The notes: generated by a model from the sequence alone, not told the origin. A stretch of 60,505 nucleotides of DNA from Patescibacteria group bacterium (GCA_035457005.1 DATICB010000017.1:1-60505); one strand, 5' to 3'. Positions 48,301-54,755 are shown, counted from the first letter of the stretch. Program-made: numbers and translations.

Positions 48301-51300
48301 CTGAATAAGACTGCCTGTACCATCAAACGTCAGTGTTCCTGCTGTTGTCGCATTCCCAGTATTTCCAAACACCTGGAATTTGGCAGTACTGGTAGACGTC
48401 CCGCCAATTGCTAAATCATCGGTAATATTACTTGGAGAAATGATTCCGGAATTTCTCTGCCAGAATCCTGAAATAGTACCTCCGGAAATAATGTTGTTAA
48501 CATATAAATTATTCCACTGCAAACTTGCAGAACCCAAATCATACGTATTGGTTACTTGGGGAATGAGGTTAGAGTTAATATGGCCATTAACAGTAATATA
48601 TCCGTTGCCATTAAGTGGACTCAAGGTAATGTTGCCAGTACTGCTGCCACCGATCGTGAGGCCTTGGTTATTGGTTGTTTGAATCTGACCGACACTATTC
48701 AGCGTTATATTTCCAGAAATGGATGCTGTTGGTGTCCCAGATCCTGGCGCATTGTTAAGAAACGAAAAATTAGCAGACGAGCTACTTGTACCGCCAAACA
48801 AAACATCCAATGTGGTATTCACGGGGTAGAGACTCCCGTTGGCAAGTGTCCAGTAATTAGTGACGCCTGCTGCTGTAGAACAACTACTCCATGTTGGTGA
48901 TCCTGCCGCGCCTGAAAGAAGACATTGTCCTGCTGTTCCTACCGCAGTGAATGCATAGTTGGTGCCGTTGGAATACGCAACACTTCCAGCAGAGCCGATG
49001 CTTCCAGTATTGGTTCCGCCATTAGCAATTGGTAAAATACCAGTGATCTCGCTGGTTAGGCTAACATTAGAGGAGGAAAGCAGACCTCCTGTTGAGTGAA
49101 CAACACCTGTACCAAGTCCAGCAATCGTGACAGTCCCTGTGCCGTTAAGTGGTTTTAAGACAATATTTCCAGTCGTGTCGCCACCAATAGTCAGACCCTG
49201 ATTGTTGGTTGTCTGAATAAGTCCTGCGCTGTTGAGTGTAATATTTCCGGAAATAGATGCAGTTGGTGTACCTGCCGCATTATTCAAGAAAGCAAATTTA
49301 GCAGATGAAGATGAGTCACCGCCAAATAAGACATCGAGTGTTGTATTGATTGGGTAGAGGGTGCCATTCGCAAGTGTCCAAAAATTAGTTCCCGAAGCGC
49401 CGCTGCCACAACTGCCCCAAGTAGGTGTTCCACCGCCTGCAGACGTAAGACACTGCCCGGCAGAGCCTGCTGCTGTTTGGAAGAAAAGTCCAGTCCCATC
49501 TGCATAGAAGATTCCGCCTGCGGTGTTGTAGTTGGATGCAGTAATTGTGCCAGTATTACCCAGCGTGAATTTGCTTACGCCGGCTGCAGATGCAGTGAAT
49601 AATGCTCCTGCGCCGTCTTGATTAATGGTGACTGCAGGAATACCAGAATTAGTAGCCAGGACAGCAAAGGTGTCATCAACCTCAACAGAGCCTGTCGCTG
49701 ATGAAATATTATTATTTTGTGTTGAATTGATGAGCGGCTTTTGCAAGTCAATAAATCCTTGGCCGTCGGGCGCGATTGTTATGTTGCCATTGGTCCCTGC
49801 GTTTGTATTTAAGACAAGCGTATCGCCGCTCAAGGTGAATGCACCACCAACTGTTTGGAATGTGCTCGCTGCGCCAATAGACAAATTGCCAGCGGAGTTA
49901 AGCGCCAAAACAACATTGCTTGTTCCTGCGCCGGATTGGGTAATCGGGGGCAAGCCTTGAAGCGTTTCCGCATTAGTCGCGTAGGCAACGGTTGCCAGCT
50001 GCTGTCTTGGTGTTAGCTCTGGAGTCTGAGCAACGGTAATGCCTAAGAAAAGATTGGCATTATTAGCAAAAAGAGACTGTTGAATTGCACTTCCTTGTCC
50101 CAATAACACTGAAAAAACACCATTGGCATCAGGAGTAACATTATCGACCTCTTGCCACAAAAGAGCTGAACCGGTTGCTGTAGCGTTGGTGTAAATACCA
50201 AAACGTAAATTGGTCGAGGTTGTTATTGGATTGCTGCTACTATCTGTCAGCCTGCCTTGGAAGGAAAGAATCCTGTTTGGTTGTGCTGCTGCTAGAATAT
50301 GCTGACCATTTTGTGGGCGTGATGCAAAATTGTTGTAAAACCCAAATCCAATGACTGTCATGACAATCATGAGGATTGCCCAGTTAAAATAATGCGCAAT
50401 TGCATAACTATGATATCTTTTGTACCAGTTGGGTCGTGTATATCGTGCATGATGAATAAGTGTTTCAAGCCATGGCAACTGATTCAGTATTCTTTGTGCT
50501 GGAGCGAAAACTGACTTTGAAATATTTTTCACAGGCATAAATTGCGCAAGCCTCTTCTGCTCGTCTGTCAGCTTGTTGGTGAAAAGAGGCTTACCCCTGA
50601 GTGTCCAGATTGCTTTATGACCATGAACAACTAAGTGGGTGAGTGGAGTTATGAAAACACTGTCAAATACAAAATTGATTCCTTTTGATATCTTTTGAGC
50701 AAGTCTAAAAGGAGGAAAAGGAGAATAAGTGTGAGATTTTGTGGGTAGCGCAGTGGGTTTTGCTACACCTTCTCCATCGTCGGTAGTTAGGACATGGTCT
50801 TTTTGTTGTCTCTCTGGCGATTCAAAAGTGTTAGTGCTAGGAATATTTGTAACATCAATTGGATTGACGGGAAGACCTTTTTGATTTTGCAAAAGATTTT
50901 GACTATTTGCCCAGGCAACGTACTTACGGAGTGAGGAGAGCTTGCGGTTAATTGATGAGTTGGAAAAAGCATGTTCAGCCACAAGTGCATCTCTGTAACT
51001 TGCAAGCAGGGCATTGTCCAAGCTCTCTAAAACAGTTGCTTCTGGATTCTGTTGTTGCACCGAAGACTGTGCCCATTTAAAAAATTGTTTCAAGTCAATG
51101 ATATAGTTTTTGATAGTTAGATTGCTTGCGTTATAGACATAAAGAAAATCTTTGAATTGTTTGAGCTGGTATGGATCTTCTATATGCTGGCTAGATGTCA
51201 CCTGATCAAGTGGACTCGCGCTTACGTAGCCTTGTAATTTAAGGAAATGAAAGAATTTTCTCAAGGAAGAGACATGCCTATCAAGCGATCTTTCTGAGAG

Positions 51301-51495
51301 TTGTTGATTTTTTTCTTGTCTAAAAAGGGCGATGTGCTCTGAGGAAATACTTTTAGGATCAAACGATGTCTGGTATTTCTCTTCAAACCACACGATGAAG
51401 TGTTTCACGTCCAGGCTGTAGTTTTTCACAGTCACTTTCGATGGAGCTGGTTTGAGCGAAAATAAATAATTTTTAAATTTGATTAAATATTCCAT
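36337..51495 (-). CDS. giant (5,052 aa) membrane-anchored, tail-fibre-like surface protein
   Basis: Uninterrupted 15,159-nt ORF. The domain order was read from the translation and is given in the sub-features below. Confidence 0.9.
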   Translation of the reverse strand: MEYLIKFKNYLFSLKPAPSKVTVKNYSLDVKHFIVWFEEKYQTSFDPKSISSEHIALFRQEKNQQLSERSLDRHVSSLRKFFHFLKLQGYVSASPLDQVTSSQHIEDPYQLKQFKDFLYVYNASNLTIKNYIIDLKQFFKWAQSSVQQQNPEATVLESLDNALLASYRDALVAEHAFSNSSINRKLSSLRKYVAWANSQNLLQNQKGLPVNPIDVTNIPSTNTFESPERQQKDHVLTTDDGEGVAKPTALPTKSHTYSPFPPFRLAQKISKGINFVFDSVFITPLTHLVVHGHKAIWTLRGKPLFTNKLTDEQKRLAQFMPVKNISKSVFAPAQRILNQLPWLETLIHHARYTRPNWYKRYHSYAIAHYFNWAILMIVMTVIGFGFYNNFASRPQNGQHILAAAQPNRILSFQGRLTDSSSNPITTSTNLRFGIYTNATATGSALLWQEVDNVTPDANGVFSVLLGQGSAIQQSLFANNANLFLGITVAQTPELTPRQQLATVAYATNAETLQGLPPITQSGAGTSNVVLALNSAGNLSIGAASTFQTVGGAFTLSGDTLVLNTNAGTNGNITIAPDGQGFIDLQKPLINSTQNNNISSATGSVEVDDTFAVLATNSGIPAVTINQDGAGALFTASAAGVSKFTLGNTGTITASNYNTAGGIFYADGTGLFFQTAAGSAGQCLTSAGGGTPTWGSCGSGASGTNFWTLANGTLYPINTTLDVLFGGDSSSSAKFAFLNNAAGTPTASISGNITLNSAGLIQTTNNQGLTIGGDTTGNIVLKPLNGTGTVTIAGLGTGVVHSTGGLLSSSNVSLTSEITGILPIANGGTNTGSIGSAGSVAYSNGTNYAFTAVGTAGQCLLSGAAGSPTWSSCSTAAGVTNYWTLANGSLYPVNTTLDVLFGGTSSSSANFSFLNNAPGSGTPTASISGNITLNSVGQIQTTNNQGLTIGGSSTGNITLSPLNGNGYITVNGHINSNLIPQVTNTYDLGSASLQWNNLYVNNIISGGTISGFWQRNSGIISPSNITDDLAIGGTSTSTAKFQVFGNTGNATTAGTLTFDGTGSLIQTTKNQGLTIGGTTTGNITLNPLNGAGTVTIGGLGTGVVHATGGVLSSSSVNLASEVTGILPIANGGTNTNTIGLAGSVAYSNGTNYAFTAVGSTNQCLVSAGSGAPSWTSCSTAAGATNYWTLDSGNGILYPVNTTLDVLFGGTSSSSANFSFLNNAPGSGTPTASISGNITLNSNGVIATTNNRPLTIGSATTGSVQLSPKGTTGLYVDSTGNVGIGTTTTSDFALEVAGNVGPRTTDTYDLGSASLEWNNIYVKNVISTGTTVGFWQRNLGVVSPANIADDLAIGGTATATAKFQVFANSGNATTAGNLTFTGTGSQIQTTSNQPLTLGGDTTGGITLSPNSGNGTVTVNGSALQTTASTFNAFTANATTLGFGVTGGTTTVNSALTATGIFTANNTTNLNGDVNLGNATADTIVTTGRFGSSLVPTTDNTFDLGDGTTPLRWRNIYANGLLLGPNAQYDGFWQLNSGVLSPTNITNDFAIGGTSTNSAKFQVFGNTGNATTAGTLTFTGTGSQIQTTSNQPLTLGGDTTGGIILKPNNGTGSLTVSGFINSDLIPADADTYNLGSASLEWNNLYVKNIITSGNTAGFWQRNLGTLSPANITDDILAGGTATTTAKFAVLNMTGSGNPTASVSSGLSGTGMYFAADGTIQTVRNQGLTIGGNTTGNITLQPLNGGTGSTINLNAATLATNQTSVNLLNTTATTINFGSAATTLNLANNALTTNVNIGGTSGTTTVNNALTATGVFTANNNAVLGATSANTINPVGVFSGSLIPQSTSINLGSPANYYGSAYITNLFGSASSQYLGFWQLNNGALSPTNITNDVLVGATSTTSAKFAVLNIANGTPTASVSSGLNGTGMYFAADGTIQTVRNETLTLGGNTTGNISFNSNVSSNILPYTTNTYDLGSAALQWNNIYANNIYQNGQPITQTWQRNLGVLAPLNITDDVAIGGTATGSAKFQIFANSGNATTAGTLTFTSGTAATNLIAARNNQGLTLGDNQTGNIILNGNNVGIGTTNPGSFRLQLAGSVGPDANNLYDLGSNALAWRNVYANGLILSATAQYDGFWQRNSGIISPSNIADDLAIGGTATSSAKFQVFGNTGNATTAGTLTFDGTGSLIQTTRNQGLTIGGTTTGNITLSPLNGISGSSVTFAGASSFTTGTGLTTTGGNFTVNGTTVTLGNGSSSTIQTTSNADLTLLSSGTGNIILGQNSGLGNITVQPNAGGNSALVVNKQGPNGDIFTASASGVTKFTIQNDGTLIAKKYTTADGILYLSDTNGTVAETAQGAAHTFLRGNGAGAPTFNAIDLTADVGSSILPIANGGTNATTLGSAGSVAYSNGTRYAFTSVGSGGQCLISNASSAPSWSDCSSAASNWWTMTNGALYPINETFDFFIGGSATTSAKFAVLNMTGSGTPVASVSSGLNGNATYLTATGSLQTARNAGLTIGGDTTGNITLKPQNGNGIVTINGTTLDSSGTSFTAFPTATSLNIGNSSGTTTVNNALTTTGNIADNGGTFSTNQTTFNLLNSTATTINFGAGATTALNIGASNTPINLKGDVTLGTSSTNTITTTGSLATDLVPTGNGSINLGSATHYYGTVYANTFISPVSGGVSGFWQLTNNVLSPVNAWNDLAVGGNATGSATPWQVFATTLGVNTAGTATSSAGLSFRGTTTQVALLNGSVLNVKTSVGGDSGLGTVLSIANNGDITQTGNFTTSGNVAVNGGNITTTAGTASLFDSNATNINIGSGATGGIGIGNAAGTNTIRGNVVLGSGTGNTIGFTGRVSTDIIPSITNTDDLGSVALSWKNLYLTGAVTASNVYLPATGGVGGYWTLASNVLYPTNNWNDLAIGGTGTASAKFQVFANTGNATTTGTLTFNGDTANVIATRNNQGLTIGDSQTGNITLTALNGGTGSTINLNAATIATNQTSVNLLNTTATTINFGSAATTLNLANNALTTNVNIGGTSGTTTVNNALTVTGTTTLNGKVNLGDATSDDITATGFFASSLIPKTNDTYNLGSDPTAGGQEWDTLYVRQIVTPSSGGIAGFWQLSSLGVLAPANLTNDLAVGGLATSSAKFQIFGSGTYAGTATTSGNLSFTAANTKVDLLNNATLGFYNSVGGNSGEGNPALYIASSGNIGIGTNSPQEQLQVLGESSSYTYIGSPNCGGGYSGISFGTNNLTCNNYSLLGDGTYTFLNAPSGGQIKFGINNNYFATGDASAFTISATGLHVTGSGPHYFSNGNVGIGTTSPLGPLDIEKDGLGNSALIVNQQNNVADILTASASGATELQLTNSGILRARSFQDLDNTNYFIDPAASGQAMDINGSAGIGTTSAQYKLDVYGDLRVGKDATNWGVDGYSYRRQISINNTYGQQLINYQVRVVMDTTGLVSSGKVLSSCNDVRFTDSDGSTNLNYWIEPNSCNTTATTFWVKVPLIPGPNKMMYMYYGNAGASAASSSTSTFVREISGVQGAWRFDEPTYMPMNDFSGNGNNVASESGTTVATGIFGNARTFDGNSDYVEINDSSNLRITQPLSVAIWFKKSSNPSSKETLIRKDTQIGTRTLFGLNFLTSGKVEAEYFNNPTDYIVDSTATTYADGNWHYAVMTISGTTMTLYVDGASTGTPATITVGSAPTGVLDIGAAPPYNAGARAGFFTGTLDEPRVYNIALSSSQITDLYSNGGQNYGYTIASNANTEEARAYVSTEPTIASLGQEQNTVTQMLPSFYVQQTTGNVALGTTSVASTSALLTVAGDIKSGLYDPTSWIASSYGESYRARITVDNTQSASSSANADYQVKVSINTTAPISVGKMRNDCTGVRFTDSDGTTNLNYWMEPGTCNTSSTIFWVKVPQLPPGEKKNIYIYYGNLSLSTSVSSAANTFVRSISGLQAAYSMDITSGTTESDTSGNGNTGTLSNGIIANGMFNNGVYFDGVGDSISIANSSSINFSNAMSADLWVKPGAVQPTSADIFSKHNINTSGGYMLESTGTGNTYFFGWSDGASYRCNTIGAGTDKWSNGGIILTPDVWQHVTVTKSGTSAIAYVNGVQVSTCTGGSSTIGSSSSQSLKIGQSAGSNAHFFRGYIDEVHFYDAALSAAEVTDLANPTGTPHNGYATTNSANTIYVRSFTNPEPVVSVDTEQDPSQVDPTLYVNNTFGRVGIGTANPTSTLDIVSNQAANNSLSALNIDTVNDGVFLTTWKRAGTSLGAIFANNNGPLVIEAFPNATLGTTGNISLNPGGGNVGIGTTTPNATLDVNSGNIRVGHSSAGGIIIMDGTPGGGHQYEWYNDAAGTSGQLGLYDRTYGNYDVIWGATGQMTVTSGITGGNFALVVHNDAVSNSGDGIRIQAGANTSDTAFFLQYLDGDGTSLGTVQGNGGGVTYTNTSDIRLKTDIAPTNMGLDQLLQIPVVNFHYKTEPTGPLQTGFIAQWLYNVFPNAVSVPTNPDDRYGDVNPQDPWGVDYGRITPLIVKAVQDLNTKVDVATTSANSQLAMLSGKLTNLDLSGTGDIIMNQNATVSADFTIPHYYMLSDIFGNPIHQIAALSEAVIGNLRVGSLQAQQTITNSLSIATANVTIAGQSLSDYIIGVVQTAISNGSLSQFNNGTVNSPIASIDQLHTGIVSPLGQDNSIALSLGNSRIEVRNGASGSAVATIDNIGNATFSGTLTSQNLAVNGDATVSGTLHANRIEANTIAGLQAVVSTLSAQNITNVTNIYFATPSGAPTGENIATGLGGSSSTNSGLLNPYLGYTNLASYSGFLAYVPNLDATTGMFEQGLMSLGTTTLSDTTITGQLAIGSQLILADNGVNVLGATFDIQPLRQGGVNFEGGLLAIDTDGNLTVNGNAVFSKTLAANIISPISNDRNLTVKLGNNPTATGAALATSNLSVQNASGSGIFTIDQLGNVIASGAATIGKLNLQVAEPALAVSNTELVATGSAGTADVKAHQTEITIDNKLVTSKSLIYITPVGQSTITPYLIRQVDKTSFTVGIPLQQTTNTTFNWLIVN
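37905..38195 (-). other. peptidase S74-type intramolecular chaperone (auto-cleaving) domain, internal
   Basis: TNTSDIRLKTDIAPTNMGLDQLLQIPVVNFHYK..GFIAQWLYNVFPNAV..VDYGRITPLIVKAVQDLNTKV. The conserved Ser is residue 4436 (codon 38188-38190). Confidence 0.7.
39030..41255 (-). other. two consecutive DUF2341-like + LamG (concanavalin-like) cassettes
   Basis: Cassette 1: YRRQISINN..VRFTDSDGSTNLNYWIEP..FWVKVP..YMYYGN, followed by FDGNSDYVEI..GNWHYAVMT..LYVDG..LDEPRVYN. The second copy is YRARITVDN..YIYYGN followed by a LamG region. Confidence 0.65.
41500..50200 (-). repeat. at least 14 tandem tail-fibre-like modules
   Basis: The recurring unit is DLGSxxLxWxNxY .. GFWQ(R/L)N..SPxNIxDDLAIGGT..AKFQVFxNxGNATTAGTLTF. 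LPIANGGTN and vGIGTtxP..LxV motifs are interspersed. Confidence 0.8.
50329..50406 (-). other. single clear transmembrane helix (aa 364-389)
   Basis: YAIAHYFNWAILMIVMTVIGFGFYNN. Confidence 0.75.
50887..51495 (-). other. two tandem tyrosine-recombinase-type N-terminal SAM-like/core-binding domains (aa ~3-95 and ~108-203)
   Basis: Domain 1: FKNYLFSL..VTVKNYSLDVKHFIVWF..SERSLDRHVSSLRKFFHFLKLQGY. Domain 2: LKQFKDFLYV..LTIKNYIIDLKQFFKWA..SINRKLSSLRKYVAWA. No catalytic R-H-R-Y domain follows. Confidence 0.6.
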
Positions 51496-51679
51496 AAGGC
51501 AGTTTTGGAAAGAATTATAATGTGTGAAAAATTTATTTCATGACTTTTCTCTGTTTTAGCCTCGAGATTATACAGATTATACGGATTATCATGTGTCTCG
51601 TACTACTACTATTTAGCGTAGAAAGTATACACGTGGTTGTCAATAACCTGGAGTAAAGACAAAAATAAAAAATCGAATC

Positions 51680-51701
51680 TGTGAAAATAACAATTTTCAC
51701 A
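51680..51701. promoter_or_regulatory. perfect 9-bp inverted repeat TGTGAAAAT-N4-ATTTTCACA, a candidate operator
   Basis: Read directly from the sequence. Related TGTGAAAA half-sites occur at 51523, 51817 (reverse) and 51838. It lies between the divergent giant gene and the 52094 gene. Confidence 0.4.
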
Positions 51702-52093
51702 TGTGGAAAAGAAATAAAAAACCGAACAAAAGAAGAATACTAGTCTCGATAGATTTACAATTTTTAGATAAATCTATATCAATAAATATCATGTTTCTCA
51801 GTAAGTCCTGTAATATGATTTTTCACAGCAGGCAGCAGTGAAAAGTAAAATTTCATTTATTTTCGTATTTTAAGACAGGTTTTACTTCTTTTCGTATTGT
51901 TTCTAGCCACGAGTTCAGCAACCAAAAATTAGCAGTCCGAATAGGGAAGCGATACGTTTTTACATGTGGTGATTTGGATTGATTTGATAAGGAAAACAAA
52001 AATTATTGTGCCAAAAGGGGCTTAAAAGATAGAGAATAGCCAAAATTCCTCGTTGCGCTGTTATTTTTACTGGCTTACACTTACATTGTAGAC

Positions 52094-52978
52094 ATGAAAA
52101 AAATATTTCCTCTTGTACTCTTATGCATGCTTGCATTTTTTGTAAAAGTCCCTGTTGCGTTTGGTGCTGTTGCAACGCAGAGTGGAACAACCAATATTAC
52201 CGTAACGATCTCTGGTAACGTGTTGTCGCTTTCTGGCTACATTGCACCATTTGCCTCGATTGTCCTCACGGTTAATGGAAATGTGATTACTTCAACCACG
52301 GCAGATGCGGCGGGCAATTTCTCTTTTAGCAATGTAGCCGTGCCCAAAGCAACGAGTACGGTATGTTTGGATGCTGTTGATTTTAAAAAGCTTGGTACAT
52401 CCAAAGCATGTATTAGTGTGATACCTATTGATGGGGTCATTACGAAAACAGGAATTTTTCTTCCGCCAACACTTGGTGTTCAGCGAACCGATGTCTTTGT
52501 TGGGGACAGCGCTTTAGCATTTGGCTATGGCATGCCTGGAGCAACAATTACTGTTCACGTCAATAGCAGCAAAGGATGCACTGTTACAGCAGAATCTACA
52601 GGCTACTACACATGCAATATTACCATTCAAAAAGTGGGATCGTACGAATTGTATGCTGATGCAGTCTTGAATAACAAGCCAACAGAGCAGCAGCTTTACA
52701 AAATTCTCATAAAAGGTATTACGGTCTCTAAGCCTTCAATTACGCCTGGACCAACTGTATCACCGTTGCCTGAGCTTAATCTTTTTGCAATTCCATGGTG
52801 GGTGTGGTTATTGCTTGTCCTGATAAGCATTATCCTTATTATTATTCTTCTTCGAAAATTCAAACCTGAGGCTCTGCCAACTATTGGTGTTCCGGCATTT
52901 AAAATTAATCATGCATTTGATTTCTTATTTAAGTCTCGAAAATTGCACCATTGGTGGATGAAAGGTGTAGGGTATTAG
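52094..52978 (+). CDS. secreted Ig-like-domain protein with a C-terminal membrane anchor
   Basis: Signal peptide MKKIFPLVLLCMLAFFVKVPVAFG. Two beta-sandwich-like repeats (TADAAGNFSFSNV and TAESTGYYTCNITI). TM helix WWVWLLLVLISIILIIILL. Confidence 0.7.
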   Translation: MKKIFPLVLLCMLAFFVKVPVAFGAVATQSGTTNITVTISGNVLSLSGYIAPFASIVLTVNGNVITSTTADAAGNFSFSNVAVPKATSTVCLDAVDFKKLGTSKACISVIPIDGVITKTGIFLPPTLGVQRTDVFVGDSALAFGYGMPGATITVHVNSSKGCTVTAESTGYYTCNITIQKVGSYELYADAVLNNKPTEQQLYKILIKGITVSKPSITPGPTVSPLPELNLFAIPWWVWLLLVLISIILIIILLRKFKPEALPTIGVPAFKINHAFDFLFKSRKLHHWWMKGVGY

Positions 52979-53667
52979 AGTCTCCAGGCAAGGGAAGCTA
53001 GGGTTGGTTCATTCACTTCGCGAGGTTCATTTGCTTTCGGTAGTCCAAGCGCTGTAATAGTTTGCTCATAGACATCTTCAATGCTTCCTTCGGCTGCAAT
53101 TGCGTGAAACGAGCTGGTATGGGCATCAATGATATCCATAAGAATATCTGGCGTGTGGTCATGAAATTGTCGAAGCCGCTCGGTTATGACTTCTGCAAGA
53201 TCATCTCTTCGAGGCTCTTCGCCTTTTGCGACAGCACGTGCTCTTCTTGTGCCTGCACGTTGAAAAGACGTTTCGTCAGAAATTGCATAGTATAAAAAAT
53301 CACTGTGCGCATCAGGCTCAGTAGCAAGCCATTGCGAAATTTCTCGTGCCTGAGCTACTGTCCGCGGGGTTCCTGGGAAAAGAAATGTATCAACGCCCTC
53401 CTCGCGAAGTGTAGCGATCTCTTGTTTTACTAACTCAATAACAACTGCATCGGGAAACAGCCCACCCTCATCAACTTTTTGTATGTACGGCCTGACCAGC
53501 TCATGATACTTGCCGTATTGGCCTCTAGCGCTTCTTGCACCGCGATACAAGTCACCAATAGAAATTCGTGCAGCATGGGGAAGTCTTTCGAGGAGTAAGT
53601 CTGACTGTGTATCTTTGCCGGATCCGCCTCTGCCAATCATAAAGATGTAACGGGGATTTTGTTGCAT
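52975..53667 (-). CDS. adenylate-kinase-family P-loop nucleotide kinase
   Basis: Motifs IFMIGRGGSGKDTQSDLL, ISIGDLYR and FPGTPRTVAQA. The tail is atypically long. Confidence 0.7.
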   Translation of the reverse strand: MQQNPRYIFMIGRGGSGKDTQSDLLLERLPHAARISIGDLYRGARSARGQYGKYHELVRPYIQKVDEGGLFPDAVVIELVKQEIATLREEGVDTFLFPGTPRTVAQAREISQWLATEPDAHSDFLYYAISDETSFQRAGTRRARAVAKGEEPRRDDLAEVITERLRQFHDHTPDILMDIIDAHTSSFHAIAAEGSIEDVYEQTITALGLPKANEPREVNEPTLASLAWRL

Positions 53668-53715
53668 GCCTTAGAGGCATACTACCTAAAAGAATCATAG
53701 AGCGCAACACGCAGT

Positions 53716-54732
53716 TTACAAATGAGTCATTTTATGCCTGACTCGCTCAATCACAATCAAAAGAATTACAACAGCCAGGAAAAACCCAAGCAAGTATTCC
53801 CACGGCATAACAAAAAAGTAAATTGTTTTTGTGAAAAGTGGTCCTTCTGGAGAAAGCGAAACAATAATATTTGCGCGGTATGGTCCGAAAAGCACATTTT
53901 TATTCCACAAAGCAACAGGATGATTGTTATCAACCGCATTTTCTTTACTGGTGAGAAAACGAGTTGAGTTGCCTAAAACATTCACAGAGAGTAAATCAAC
54001 CTTCCCAACAAGTTGGCCAAACATATTTCGGATAAGAATCTGGCCTGTTGGTGTTATAAAATGACGACTTGTGTTAGTGATTGATACAGTAAAAGGAATA
54101 GGAGCTGTCTGGGCAAACCATGGCGTTGTGAATTCATTCAAAAGTCCTGTTGTTTCATCTTTTGGTGCGATAGAAAGAAGAATATTTGCAGCAATGCCTG
54201 CGGTAATGTGGCTGCCGTTGGCATCTTGATTTACAGAATCAGTTGAAACAAACAAAACAGAGAAGTAATAATCTGCTCCAGGCTCGTCTTTAGGGAGGCC
54301 AATACGAAGCGTGAGTGTTTTCTTCTGCTTAGGAGCTAAGCTGAGGCTACTAATGGGAGTATCGCCATCCAGGATTTGTACTTTTTGAAAAATATCCTTG
54401 TCTGGTAGCATTTTTGTGCCCACAGGAAGGTATAGCACTTGACCATTGTTAGTGCCACTTGCAGTAAATGGCCTCAAAGTTACTGAAACATTTTCCGTAT
54501 CTTGACTTGCATTCACGACGGTGATGTCTTTTGATATAATCGTTGGCGCTGTTGCTTGAATTTGAAGAATGGGTGGATATACACCCAAGGCGAAATCAGC
54601 TGCGAAAGCATTCGCAGGAAATAATCCAATACACAAATAACCCAATAAACCAATCAATAAAGAAAATAAAAAATAGTGCGTATTTAGTGTTTTGTATTTA
54701 GTATTTTGTATTTGATCAATGGTATTTGTCAT
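53716..54732 (-). CDS. cell-surface protein resembling DUF916+DUF3324 proteins of WxL loci
   Basis: N-terminal anchor/signal, two beta-rich domains (GADYYFSVLFVS..GIAANILLSI and FTVSITNTSRHF..GPYRANIIVS), and a C-terminal TM helix. Confidence 0.6.
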   Translation of the reverse strand: MTNTIDQIQNTKYKTLNTHYFLFSLLIGLLGYLCIGLFPANAFAADFALGVYPPILQIQATAPTIISKDITVVNASQDTENVSVTLRPFTASGTNNGQVLYLPVGTKMLPDKDIFQKVQILDGDTPISSLSLAPKQKKTLTLRIGLPKDEPGADYYFSVLFVSTDSVNQDANGSHITAGIAANILLSIAPKDETTGLLNEFTTPWFAQTAPIPFTVSITNTSRHFITPTGQILIRNMFGQLVGKVDLLSVNVLGNSTRFLTSKENAVDNNHPVALWNKNVLFGPYRANIIVSLSPEGPLFTKTIYFFVMPWEYLLGFFLAVVILLIVIERVRHKMTHL

Positions 54733-54755
54733 TGGTATATTGGGTTATTCATCTC

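Noticed and set aside
36479-49960. About 35 plus-strand ORFs of 60-194 aa inside the giant gene.
   Set aside because: These are shadow ORFs antisense to a repetitive Gly/Thr/Asn/Ala-rich coding sequence. They recur wherever the sense repeats recur, translate to Val/Pro/Leu-rich low-complexity strings, and have no start signals.
50887-51495. The integrase-type N-terminal domains as evidence of a prophage or integrative element.
   Set aside because: There is no tyrosine-recombinase catalytic domain, and no att-like boundaries or phage structural or replication genes nearby. The domains are the N-terminus of the giant membrane protein.
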